Shown here: positions 14,362 through 23,536 of the stretch, in pieces | Layout: every line of letters starts with the position of its first letter | Position numbering within the stretch: the first letter of the stretch is position 1 | Assembly (NCBI GenBank): GCA_023818895.1 | Contig: JAMWCX010000002.1 | Span: 270,001 to 302,000 of the forward strand | Direction: 5' to 3' | DNA from: Candidatus Omnitrophota bacterium | GTDB taxonomy: Bacteria; Omnitrophota; Gorgyraeia; 2-01-FULL-45-10 | Length of the DNA: 32,000 nucleotides | Notes under the pieces: generated by a model | Told to the model about the DNA's origin: nothing | Seen by the model: the letters and a program-made list of their open reading frames with translations, nothing else | The model's database searches: none | Translations under genes and position numbers: made by a program

Positions 14362-14577
14362 CTATTTCGCCAGGGTTATCATAGCGCCGACGAGGGCGCC
14401 GACAATAGTGCTGATAATAGGATTGCTCGTAAGCGGACAGGCGCCAGATGAGCACTTGCCAAGGTAGCCTAATACGAAGCCGAAAAGTCCGCCGATAATT
14501 GCGCCTGTTAATATTTTTATTTGGCACCTCCTTTGAAAATCAGACCCACACAATAAATTAAAGTTACACAAATACAA
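14362..14577 (-). CDS. Small glycine-rich membrane peptide with a C-x4-C-P motif; start codon uncertain
   Basis: The core sequence is ILTGAIIGGLFGFVLGYLGKCSSGACPLTSNPIISTIVGALVGAMITLAK. It forms two GxxxG-rich hydrophobic helices flanking CSSGACP. From memory this resembles DUF6132-type peptides; not verified. The only canonical in-frame starts are TTG at 14577, 14571 and 14553, all inside lnt and all lacking an SD. Confidence 0.5.
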   Translation of the reverse strand: MYLCNFNLLCGSDFQRRCQIKILTGAIIGGLFGFVLGYLGKCSSGACPLTSNPIISTIVGALVGAMITLAK

Positions 14578-16079
14578 AGGTATGCGAATATGTCACCGTA
14601 TTTTGTATATATAGTACGCGTATTCGCCATAACGATATCGTGCGTCTTAATACCTCTCACGAAAAGGTTGCTTCCGCCGGACGAGACCTCGGCTACCACA
14701 GCTCCTTTCTGGTCTATGAAGCAGGAAATACCTGTGTTTGCCGCCCTTACGACGTTTACCCTGTTTTCCACCGCCCTGAAGACGGATGTCTGCGCGTGCT
14801 GGTATGCCGCGGCGGTCCTGCCAAACCACGCGTCATTGGTTATGTTTACCAAGAACGCGGCTCCTCTCTTTACAAACTCTCTCGCCATATCAGGGAAGAT
14901 ATCTTCGAAGCATATCAGACAGGAAAACTTTACCTTCTTAAGAAGCTTCCAATGTGCCTGTTCAGTTTTTGCTTTTCTCTCTATGAAAAAATTGAAGACG
15001 GTCCAATTTTTGCCTGCGGAAAAATCGCCGATCGGCCTGGCGGCAAATTTTTCCACAAACCAAAACACATTTTTCAGCGGGACGTATTCTCCGAATGGCA
15101 CAAGATGAAGTTTATCATAACGCTCAACTATAGTGCCATCCTCCCGGAACAGCACAGCGCTGTTATAATATACATCTTTGGCGCTTCTGGAAACACTCGG
15201 AGTTCCAACTAAAATCGGCTTATTCACATCTTTTACAAGGCCGGAGACGCTTTCCCATAAATCGCGCTCCAGTTCAAGATATCCCGGCACCGATGTCTCG
15301 GGCCATACAATAAGATCCGGATGCTGGTTAGATGCCTCGAGTGTAAGCGACCTGTAAATATCTAATATCTCTTCTCTGAAATTTTCGTCCCATTTCTTGT
15401 CTTGGGGAATATTTCCCTGAACTACCGCTACTCTCAAAAGTTCGCCCGCAAAAATATTCTTTAATCTCAGTCCACCATAAGCCAGCGAGATAAATAAAAC
15501 TAAAAGGGCGATTGCCAGATAATATGTGTAGTTATTTTTTCGGCGGATCTCCCGAGCCGTCAGGAAGACGGCGTAGTTTATCATCATCACCAGAAAACTG
15601 ACGCCATAGGCGCCGGTCACATCGGCTATCTGTATGACCGGGAGATTGGAAGACTGTGAATGGGCGAGAAGGGCCCATCCAAACCCCCCAAACATATGCG
15701 ACCTTACCCATTCCAGGGCAACCCACACTGACGGTGCAACAATCAATGCCGCCATCGGATGGCTATCGCTAGCTCGTGATGCTGCAAAGCCAAATATCCC
15801 AAAATAAAGCCCCAAATATATAACGACTATAACCATGCCGGGCAAGGTCACATGAACCAGCCAGTATGCAATACCGAAAAAAAACAATACGCCGGTAAGG
15901 TAGGATATAAAAAATGCTTTTAAAAGGCTCTTTCCGTCAATTGCCAAAAAAAGAGGAATAAATCCGATCCAAGCAAAAAACCAGAGATTAAAACTGGGGA
16001 ATGATAGTATTAGGCAAAATGCTGCGAGTGTGCTTAAAAAAAAATCGGCCTTTACGATTTGTGGTTTTTCCTTCATCAT
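14517..16079 (-). CDS. lnt: Apolipoprotein N-acyltransferase
   Basis: 520-aa ORF with a polytopic N-terminal membrane domain followed by a CN-hydrolase domain (VVQGNIPQ..., WPETS, CFEDIF catalytic Cys context). Its ATG overlaps the secA stop as TAATG at 16077..16081. Confidence 0.85.
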   Translation of the reverse strand: MMKEKPQIVKADFFLSTLAAFCLILSFPSFNLWFFAWIGFIPLFLAIDGKSLLKAFFISYLTGVLFFFGIAYWLVHVTLPGMVIVVIYLGLYFGIFGFAASRASDSHPMAALIVAPSVWVALEWVRSHMFGGFGWALLAHSQSSNLPVIQIADVTGAYGVSFLVMMINYAVFLTAREIRRKNNYTYYLAIALLVLFISLAYGGLRLKNIFAGELLRVAVVQGNIPQDKKWDENFREEILDIYRSLTLEASNQHPDLIVWPETSVPGYLELERDLWESVSGLVKDVNKPILVGTPSVSRSAKDVYYNSAVLFREDGTIVERYDKLHLVPFGEYVPLKNVFWFVEKFAARPIGDFSAGKNWTVFNFFIERKAKTEQAHWKLLKKVKFSCLICFEDIFPDMAREFVKRGAAFLVNITNDAWFGRTAAAYQHAQTSVFRAVENRVNVVRAANTGISCFIDQKGAVVAEVSSGGSNLFVRGIKTHDIVMANTRTIYTKYGDIFAYLCICVTLIYCVGLIFKGGAK

Positions 16080-18835
16080 TATTTACCACAGCACTTCTTA
16101 TACTTTTTGCCGCTACCGCACGGACAAGGATCATTCCTTCCTACTTTGGGCTCCTCCCTCTTATATGTCGTGAGTTTATGAGGCGGAAGCTGCCCACCGT
16201 AAGAAACTGCTTGGGAGAGACCATCCTCGCCAGCGGAAACGCCTTGGAACTGCCCTTTTTCCTCGTGCAATAATTGCTGTCTGGAAAAATCAAAAACAGC
16301 AGCGGGCGGCGCTTTATCCTCGCGCACGGTTTTTATCTTGAAAAGGTATTCGATAGTCTCTTCTTTTATGCGGCTTATCATATCCATGAACATGGCGTAG
16401 GCTTCATGCTGATATTCTATGAGAGGATCTCGCTGGCCATATGCCCTTAAGCCTATTCCTTCCCTCAAGGCATCCATGCTATACAAGTGATCCTTCCATC
16501 TGGTATCCACTACTTGTAAGAGCACCATCCTCTCAAGATGCCTCATCATTTCTGCACCCAACTCCATCTCCTTAGCTTCATAGATCTCTTTGAGTCGCTT
16601 AAGAATTGTATCTCTTATTTCGGCCTTGCGCATCTCATCAAGATTAACATCCCTAACTTTTATTCCAAACCTTGATTCCACATATTGTAACAATCCCTCA
16701 AAATCCCACTGGTCGGCGCTGACCTTGTCGCTTATGTATAGGTCCAGGGCGTAATCCAGCACCTCTTCCATTATCTCATATATGTATTCCTTCATATCAG
16801 CGCCAAAAAGGACTTTTCGGCGCTCATCATAAATGACCTCCCTCTGCCTATTCATCACGTTGTCATACTCTAAGAGATGCTTCCTTATCTCAAAATTGTG
16901 AGACTCAACCCTCCGCTGGGCTGTTTCTATAGCCCTAGTTATCAAAGGATGCTGTATATCCTGCCCTTCCTCCATGCCAAGTTTTTCCATCACACCCTTT
17001 ATCCTGTCTGAACCAAATATTCTCATCAGGTCGTCTTCGAGCGAGAGGTAAAAACGGCTTGAGCCAGGATCGCCCTGCCTTCCGGAACGGCCACGCAGCT
17101 GGTTATCGATGCGCCGCGCCTCATGCCGTTCCGTTCCCAAGACATGCAACCCTCCTAGGTTCGCTACTCCTTCACCTAGCACTATATCGGTCCCCCGACC
17201 TGCCATATTCGTGGCTATGGTTACCGCGTACTTCTGCCCTGCTTTTGCTATTATCTCGGCCTCCATCTCATGGTATTTTGCGTTCAATACATGATGCGGT
17301 ATTCCCAGGCGCTTCAACATAGCAGACAACCTCTCAGACTTCTCTATGGATATAGTGCCAACAAGCACGGGCCTACCCATCTTATAAAGTTCTGATATTT
17401 CAGAGCAAACGGCATTGAACTTTTCCCTCTCGGTCTTGTATATAACATCGGGATAATTAGTCCTCCTCATCGGCTTATTTGTGGGAACGACCACAACGTC
17501 AAGACCGTATATCTTGCTAAATTCTATAGCTTCGGTTTCAGCGGTACCTGTCATACCGGCAAGTTTTTTATACATCCTAAAATAATTCTGGAATGTTATT
17601 GTAGCAAGTGTCTGGTTTTCGCGCTCAATTCTGACACCCTCCTTGGCCTCAACCGCCTGGTGAAGGCCATCGGACCAGCGCCTTCCTGGCATGAGTCTTC
17701 CGGTGAATTCGTCTACTATGACAACTTCGCCATCTTTTACTACATAATCGACATCTTTTTTGTAAAGGGTATGTGCCCGGATAGCCTGCCTTATGTGATG
17801 CTCCCATTCTGACTGGAGATCTTCATATAGGTTCTTTACTCCTATCATCTCTTGGCATCTTATAACACCCTGTTCGGTAAGGTTTACGGTGTGGTTTTTC
17901 TCGTTAACTATATAATCTATACCCTGTTCAAGGTCGTAGCCCTTGTACTTGGCCTCTATCTCTTCCTTGTCGGTGATTACCCTGCCTTTCAGGCGCGGTA
18001 TTATCTTATTGATTATGTAGTACTTGTCGGTCGACTCCTCAGCCGGCCCTGATATTATAAGAGGCGTCCTGGATTCATCTATGAGTATAGAATCCACCTC
18101 ATCTACGATAGCGTAATTATGCCCTCGCTGAACCATGTCATCCTTGTGGATAACCATATTGTCGCGTAAATAATCAAATCCGAATTCGTTATTCGTCCCG
18201 TATGTGACATCACACCCATACGCGGCCTTACGCGCGGCTGAGTCCATATCATGTTGTATCACGCCGACCGTAAGCCCGAGAAATTCATAGACGGGCCCCA
18301 TCCAATTTCGATCCCTTTTAGCCAGATAGTCGTTTACCGTAACGACATGGACTCCCTCTCCTGTCAATGCGTTAAGGTATACCGGTAGCGTAGCAACGAG
18401 CGTCTTGCCTTCACCGGTAGCCATCTCAGCAATCTTTCCTCGGTGTAGCACTATGCCGCCCATCAACTGGACATCGAAATGGCGCATCTTTAGGGTCCTT
18501 CTGGCAGCTTCCCGCACAACAGCAAACGCTTCCGGCAGCATATCTTCAAAGATGCTATTCTTCATGTCGCGCGCTTTCCGCTTTATCTTTTCCTTCTCGT
18601 CAGGAGAGGTTGAATCCCTAAAGGCAGCTTCAAGATCTTCGAGTTCCGTCTTGCGGGCCCGGTAATTTATGGCTATTCGTTCTTTAAAAATATCCGTCTT
18701 TGCCTTTAGATCAGTATCTGAAAGGACGGACACCTCCGGCTCGAGAGAATTTATCTTCTCAACAATGGGCCTGAGCTCCCTTATAAGGCGCTCGTTCTGC
18801 GTTCCAATAACCTTTTTCAATATATAACCTATCAC
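16079..18835 (-). CDS. secA: Preprotein translocase ATPase SecA
   Basis: 918-aa ORF with DEAD-like motor motifs ([32 protein letters not shown]) and the C-terminal zinc-binding tail [14 protein letters not shown]. Its start overlaps the prfB stop as ATGA. Confidence 0.95.
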   Translation of the reverse strand: MIGYILKKVIGTQNERLIRELRPIVEKINSLEPEVSVLSDTDLKAKTDIFKERIAINYRARKTELEDLEAAFRDSTSPDEKEKIKRKARDMKNSIFEDMLPEAFAVVREAARRTLKMRHFDVQLMGGIVLHRGKIAEMATGEGKTLVATLPVYLNALTGEGVHVVTVNDYLAKRDRNWMGPVYEFLGLTVGVIQHDMDSAARKAAYGCDVTYGTNNEFGFDYLRDNMVIHKDDMVQRGHNYAIVDEVDSILIDESRTPLIISGPAEESTDKYYIINKIIPRLKGRVITDKEEIEAKYKGYDLEQGIDYIVNEKNHTVNLTEQGVIRCQEMIGVKNLYEDLQSEWEHHIRQAIRAHTLYKKDVDYVVKDGEVVIVDEFTGRLMPGRRWSDGLHQAVEAKEGVRIERENQTLATITFQNYFRMYKKLAGMTGTAETEAIEFSKIYGLDVVVVPTNKPMRRTNYPDVIYKTEREKFNAVCSEISELYKMGRPVLVGTISIEKSERLSAMLKRLGIPHHVLNAKYHEMEAEIIAKAGQKYAVTIATNMAGRGTDIVLGEGVANLGGLHVLGTERHEARRIDNQLRGRSGRQGDPGSSRFYLSLEDDLMRIFGSDRIKGVMEKLGMEEGQDIQHPLITRAIETAQRRVESHNFEIRKHLLEYDNVMNRQREVIYDERRKVLFGADMKEYIYEIMEEVLDYALDLYISDKVSADQWDFEGLLQYVESRFGIKVRDVNLDEMRKAEIRDTILKRLKEIYEAKEMELGAEMMRHLERMVLLQVVDTRWKDHLYSMDALREGIGLRAYGQRDPLIEYQHEAYAMFMDMISRIKEETIEYLFKIKTVREDKAPPAAVFDFSRQQLLHEEKGQFQGVSAGEDGLSQAVSYGGQLPPHKLTTYKREEPKVGRNDPCPCGSGKKYKKCCGK

Positions 18836-19933
18836 TTTTTCTCTTTTGCCTTTTTAAGATATGCCTCAATGAAAGGGTCTATCTCGCCGTCCAGCACAGC
18901 CTGCGCGTTGCTAGTTTCACAATCGGTGCGGTGGTCCTTTACCATTGAATATGGGTGCAGAACATAAGAGCGTATCTGGCTTCCCCAGGCTATTTCCTTC
19001 TTGGCCTCATAAGCGCTCTCTAGTTCCTTGACTTTCTTCATCCGCTCTTTTTCGTACATCTTGGCCTTCAATACCTTCATCGCCAGCTGCTTGTTCTTAA
19101 ACTGCGAACGCTCGCTTTGGCACTGGACCACTATTCCGGTAGGAATATGCGTTATGCGCACAGCGGAGTCAGTCTTATTGACATGTTGACCGCCTTTGCC
19201 TCCGGCGCGGAAAGTATCTACTTTGAGATCCGCTTCCTTTATGTCTATCTTTATGTCGTCGGATATCTCGGGTATCACGTCAACAGAAGCAAATGATGTG
19301 TGACGGCGTTTGTTCGAATCAAATGGCGAGATTCGCACGAGCCTATGGACCCCTGATTCGGACTTGAGGAAGCCGTAAGCATAGGGGCCTTTTACAAGTA
19401 GCGTGACATTCTTTATCCCCGCCTCTTCACCCACAAGCTGGTCGAGGACGTCCACCGAAAAACCTTTATCTTCCGCCCACATTATATACATGCGCATGAG
19501 CATCGCTGCCCAGTCACACGATTCGGTCCCACCGGCGCCGGCGTTTACGCTCAGAATAGCGTTGCTGACATCAGATTCTTCGCTGAGAAGGCTGTTAAAT
19601 TCAAGCGTATCTATTTTTTTTCGTAACGCGGCAAGGTCTTTCTTGAAGTGTTCCAGAGATTCGTTATCATCAGGGCCGGCGATAGCGGTTATTTCCCTTA
19701 TATCTTTCACATCGCCGGCTATTTTCAGGAAGGGCTCGGTTACCGCCTTAAGTCCCTTTAGACGCCGTATCACATCTTTGGACCGAACCTCGTCTTTCCA
19801 GAAATCAGGCCGTGCTATTTCGGACTCCAGCAGGCTTATCTCTTTAAGTTTTTCATCAACGTCAAAGATAACCTCTGAGGGCGTTCAGCTTTCCCTCTAT
19901 TATATTTAATTCTTCTCTTATATCTTCCAACAT
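18832..19933 (-). CDS. prfB: Peptide chain release factor 2, expressed through the conserved programmed +1 frameshift
   Basis: Frame 0 runs from ATG 19933 and encodes [23 protein letters not shown] (23 codons), ending in CTT TGA C (19867..19861). This is preceded by the SD-like AGAGGT (19876..19871). The +1 frame continues [22 protein letters not shown]... into the 313-aa track ORF, which carries the SPF and GGQ ([10 protein letters not shown]) motifs. Confidence 0.9.
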
Positions 19934-19970
19934 CTGCGCCACCTTTATTTGATTATAACAGCCGCTGCCG

Positions 19971-20276
19971 TTACAAGTCAATCCCTTCGAGTCTTAAAAG
20001 CCGTCTTTTTACAGCACTGCCTCTGGCAAAGCCTCCTAATGATCCGTCTGATCTTATAACGCGGTGGCACGGAACATCGGGTGAATAAGGATTTTTGTTA
20101 AGACTGTTGCCTACGGCCCTGAAAGATTTCGGCCTGCCCACTCTTTCAGCCACCCATTTATACGTGCGAGTCTGCCCTTTGGGTATATCAAGGGTAGCTA
20201 TATACACTTTTTTTTCAAACTCACTCAGCCATTTATTGCTTAAAATAGCTGATAATATTTTGTGCCGTCTTCTCAT
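19971..20276 (-). CDS. MGMT-family protein (methylated-DNA-protein-cysteine methyltransferase DNA-binding/active-site domain only)
   Basis: 101-aa ORF with IPKGQTRTYKWVAERVG...AVGNSLNKNPYSPDVPCHRVIRSDGSLGGF. The PCHRV active-site motif is present and the N-terminal Ada/Ogt domain is absent. It overlaps the uvrC 3' end by 44 nt. Confidence 0.75.
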   Translation of the reverse strand: MRRRHKILSAILSNKWLSEFEKKVYIATLDIPKGQTRTYKWVAERVGRPKSFRAVGNSLNKNPYSPDVPCHRVIRSDGSLGGFARGSAVKRRLLRLEGIDL

Positions 20277-21675
20277 CTATACCCTCAATCCGCAATAGAT
20301 CCTCTATACCCGCAGACCTTATCTTTTCTATGGAACCAAAACGGTCTATAAGGTATTTCCTGCGTTTCTTGCCTATTCCAGGAATAGCGTCAAGCTCTGA
20401 AAAATTCATTTTCTTTGAACGAAGCGACTTATGATATGATATTGCGAATCTGTGCGCCTCATCTCTGATCCTCTCCAGAAGATGAAGTGCTTTCGAATCC
20501 TTGGGAAGCACTAACGGATCTTTTTTGTCTATAATATAGATGTGTTCGCATTCTTCTGCTGACCTGACAGTATCCCCTGACACGCGGGCAGGTTTAGCGA
20601 TTCCTATCACTGGTATATTGGAAATACCCAGCTTTGCCAGCTCCTCAATGGCAGCGGCAATGTGACCTTTTCCGCCATCTATTACTATAAGATCAGGCAG
20701 ATTGGCTTTCTCTTCAAGCTGCCTGGAATATCTGCGGCGCACAATCTCTCTCATCATCGAATAATCATCAATGGCCGTAACAGTCTTTATCCTGAATCTC
20801 CTGTAGGAACTCTTCTTCGGCCTACCCTTATAAAAACAAACGAGCGACCCGACAGCCTCTGCGCCCATTATATTCGAAACATCAAATGCCTCAATGGTAT
20901 CTATGGTAGAGCTCAACCCAAGCATGTTCCTCAACTCCTCCACCTCATCCACCGGCCTGTAGATAACAGCATGTTCCTTCATTGACCTAAAGGCCTCTAT
21001 CCTTTTGCGTAAACTTGCTGCCTCCTCGAAATCTTCGCGCCGTGATGCCTCCATCATCCGAGCGGTAAGAAACTTAAGCAATTCCTGCATCTTACCTTCG
21101 AGAAAAAGGCGCAGTTCGGCCACGATATCGGCGTAGTGCGCCTGATCTATCTTTCCGGCGCATGGCGCCAAACACTGATTGATATGGTAATTAAGACAGG
21201 GGTTTTTCGGCATCCGGTTGCAGCTACGCAATGGAAATATCTGCTTTAAGCTTATAACCGCCTCCCTTAAAAGCCTGGCGCTGGTATATGGGCCGTAATA
21301 AAGCGCTCCGTCGTCTTGTTTACGCCTGGTAATGAGAAGACGCGGAAATTTCTCGTTTACTGTAAGCTTCAGCCTTGGATAGCTCTTGTCATCTCTCAGA
21401 GCGACGTTATACTTCGGCGAAAGCTGTTTTATGAGGCTGTTTTCATATATAAGCGCTTCCGCCTCAGTTGATGTTGGGATATAAGTTATGTCGGCTATTC
21501 TGGAAACCATCATCCGCAACCTTTCAGCAAGGTTCCTACTTTTATAAAAATAGCTCGACACCCTTTTTCGCAGGTTAGAGGCCTTTCCAACATAAAGCAC
21601 TTCACCGCCTTCGCCCTTCATGAGATACACGCCAGGCGAATCCGGAAGTTCTCTTATCTTATATTCTTTATCCAC
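20233..21675 (-). CDS. uvrC: Excinuclease ABC subunit C, unusually short (480 aa)
   Basis: A GIY-YIG domain (PGVYLMKGEGGEVLYVGKASNLRKRV) is followed by a Cys-rich CLNYHINQCLAPC segment and a UVR motif (EDFEEAASLRKRIEAF). The RNase-H-like endonuclease domain has its catalytic contexts present (AFDVSN, IDDYSMM, VIDGGKGH, RDEAHRFA). A C-terminal (HhH)2 (IPGIGKKRRKYL...) completes the protein. Confidence 0.85.
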   Translation of the reverse strand: MDKEYKIRELPDSPGVYLMKGEGGEVLYVGKASNLRKRVSSYFYKSRNLAERLRMMVSRIADITYIPTSTEAEALIYENSLIKQLSPKYNVALRDDKSYPRLKLTVNEKFPRLLITRRKQDDGALYYGPYTSARLLREAVISLKQIFPLRSCNRMPKNPCLNYHINQCLAPCAGKIDQAHYADIVAELRLFLEGKMQELLKFLTARMMEASRREDFEEAASLRKRIEAFRSMKEHAVIYRPVDEVEELRNMLGLSSTIDTIEAFDVSNIMGAEAVGSLVCFYKGRPKKSSYRRFRIKTVTAIDDYSMMREIVRRRYSRQLEEKANLPDLIVIDGGKGHIAAAIEELAKLGISNIPVIGIAKPARVSGDTVRSAEECEHIYIIDKKDPLVLPKDSKALHLLERIRDEAHRFAISYHKSLRSKKMNFSELDAIPGIGKKRRKYLIDRFGSIEKIRSAGIEDLLRIEGIDEKTAQNIISYFKQ

Positions 21676-23192
21676 CCGTATATTTCCCTGATTTCCTTTA
21701 TATTAAGAACATACGCCGCCGCAAGAAACGACATTGTTCCCATAAATATAGAAACAAAAAGTCCGGTCGGAGAGCCTACCGGCAACAGTAATGATAAAAA
21801 TTTGAGAAAAAGCGCCATAATAAGACTTGCTATCAGAGCCCTTACCAAGTAATCGATTATAACGTAAGTACCAAAATCCCCAAGCCTTTTACACAACTTT
21901 TTGTACAGAAGAAGCATATTAAAAATTGCTGAAATAGATGTGGCAAGCGCAAGGCCTCCAAGCTTCAACGGCCACATCAGCATGAGGTTAAGAATGAGAT
22001 TGATAACAACGGCGGCAGCCGCGACCTTGACTGGTGTCATGGTATCATGCATGGCGTAAAACGCCGTCACAAGAAGTTTTATACCGCCATACGCAAACAA
22101 GCCGAAGGCGTAAAAGAATAAGGCGCTTTGCGTTATCTCGGTCGAATAGGTTGTAAATTCTCCTCTCTGGAAAAGGATTGTTATTATCTGTTTTCCCAGC
22201 ACAGCAAGGCCGACACTCGACGGCAACATAATTAGGATAATCATACGCAGCGAAAAAGATATAGTCTCCTTAAAGGTCGCCATGTCATTAGACGCAAACT
22301 CTCGGCTCATTTTGGGCAGCGCCGCCTGCGCCAGCGCCAGCCCAAATATAGCAAGCGGAAACTGAATAAGCCTGTTCGCGTAATATAGCGCTGCTATGCC
22401 TCCGGCACCAACTATCCAGGCAAGGGAAGCGAGTATAGTATCTATAAAAATATTTATCTGGTAAACCGCTGAACCAATAGCGCGGGGCATCAGCAGTCTG
22501 CCTATTCGCCTTACAGCGGGATGGCTTAAACCATCCTTGAAATCAATGTTTATTCCTTCCCTATAAAGGAATGGGGTGTTCAACAAAAGCTGCAGAGCGC
22601 CGCCGACTAGAACTCCTATGGCCAGCCCCATCGCGCCCATATTCGGACAAAGCCAAAGCGCGGCCGCGATCATGGCTACATTCATCAATGCTGGGCCAAA
22701 CGCTGGCGCCGCGAAGCGCCTGAGAGAGTTAAGCACCCCCATCGCGTAAGCGGTCAGGCCTATCATGATAAGATATGGAAACATTATCCTGTTAAGCCTA
22801 ACGGTGAGCGTAAATTTATCCGGCTCAGCGTAAAAGCCAGGCGCTATTACCCGCACTATGAGCGGTGAAAAGATGACGCCTAGGATCGTCACCGCAGTGA
22901 GGATAAGAAAGAATACGTTAAAAAGCACTCTTGAAGCATGTATAAACTCTTTTTCGTCTTTAAGCTCTTTATATTCGGAGAGGACTGGAACTATCGCGGA
23001 ATTTGTGGCGCCTTCGCCAACAAGATCCCGCAGGCTATTGGGAATTCTGAAAGCCACTACGAAAGCTTGAGCGGCCATACCGGTCCCGAAAAAAGAGGCT
23101 AGCACTATATCCCGCACGAAACCCAGCACTCTGCTTATAGCGGTGGCCATGCCTATTACACTAGTGGATTTTATCAAACCTTTCCTGGTCAT
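21654..23192 (-). CDS. murJ: Lipid II flippase MurJ (MviN)
   Basis: Polytopic ORF beginning MTRKGLIKSTSVIGMATAISRVLGFVRDIVLASFFG, the canonical MurJ N-terminus. I use ATG 23192. The track's TTG at 23231 would place the rpsT promoter inside the coding sequence. Confidence 0.85.
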   Translation of the reverse strand: MTRKGLIKSTSVIGMATAISRVLGFVRDIVLASFFGTGMAAQAFVVAFRIPNSLRDLVGEGATNSAIVPVLSEYKELKDEKEFIHASRVLFNVFFLILTAVTILGVIFSPLIVRVIAPGFYAEPDKFTLTVRLNRIMFPYLIMIGLTAYAMGVLNSLRRFAAPAFGPALMNVAMIAAALWLCPNMGAMGLAIGVLVGGALQLLLNTPFLYREGINIDFKDGLSHPAVRRIGRLLMPRAIGSAVYQINIFIDTILASLAWIVGAGGIAALYYANRLIQFPLAIFGLALAQAALPKMSREFASNDMATFKETISFSLRMIILIMLPSSVGLAVLGKQIITILFQRGEFTTYSTEITQSALFFYAFGLFAYGGIKLLVTAFYAMHDTMTPVKVAAAAVVINLILNLMLMWPLKLGGLALATSISAIFNMLLLYKKLCKRLGDFGTYVIIDYLVRALIASLIMALFLKFLSLLLPVGSPTGLFVSIFMGTMSFLAAAYVLNIKEIREIYGWIKNIR

Positions 23193-23212
23193 ATAGATTT
23201 CGGATAAAAAAG

Positions 23213-23241
23213 TTGACCTCAAAAAGTTCAAATGATATAAT
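23213..23241 (+). promoter_or_regulatory. Sigma-70 promoter of rpsT: TTGACC-N17-TATAAT
   Basis: TTGACC is at 23213..23218, followed by a 17-nt spacer and TATAAT at 23236..23241, 25 nt upstream of the rpsT TTG start. Confidence 0.6.
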
Positions 23242-23266
23242 AGCGAAAAATTGAAAGGAAACTACA

Positions 23267-23536
23267 TTGCCGGTAAAAAGATCTGCCTATAAAGAGATCA
23301 GAAAGTCAAAGTTGCGACATTTTAAGAATGTCTCAACCCGCACTGAGATCAAGACGCTTTCTAAGAATTTCGAAAAGTTAATAGCATCCAAAAAAACCGA
23401 GGAGGCAAAAAAAGCCCTGCCTCATCTTGTCTCAAAAATAGACAGAGCCGCTTCAAAAGGGGTAATCAAGCCGAACACAGCGGCCAGAAAGATATCCCGT
23501 CTAATGAAGAAGCTCTCGTCTTTACCCAAGGCATAA
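23267..23536 (+). CDS. rpsT: 30S ribosomal protein S20
   Basis: 89-aa basic ORF reading MPVKRSAYKEIRKSKLRHFKNVSTRTEIKTLSKNF...KGVIKPNTAARKISRL, the typical S20 pattern. The start codon is TTG. Confidence 0.9.
   Translation: MPVKRSAYKEIRKSKLRHFKNVSTRTEIKTLSKNFEKLIASKKTEEAKKALPHLVSKIDRAASKGVIKPNTAARKISRLMKKLSSLPKA

Noticed and set aside
14590-15212. 172-aa and 190-aa plus-strand ORFs antisense to lnt
   Set aside because: These are shadow frames of a confidently identified lnt gene, with no start context or motif. Two mutually overlapping frames argue for chance.
19403-19909. 168-aa plus-strand ORF antisense to prfB
   Set aside because: It is a Ser/Arg-rich shadow ORF lying opposite the RF2 coding sequence and its frameshift site, with no independent support.
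23193-23231. N-terminal extensions offered by the ORF track: murJ to 23231, lptE to 25131, spoVG to 12149, lysS to 5635
   Set aside because: Each extension lacks an SD and uses a TTG or GTG codon. Each also overlaps a promoter or the upstream gene. Internal ATGs with GGAGG-type SDs or canonical N-termini fit better.
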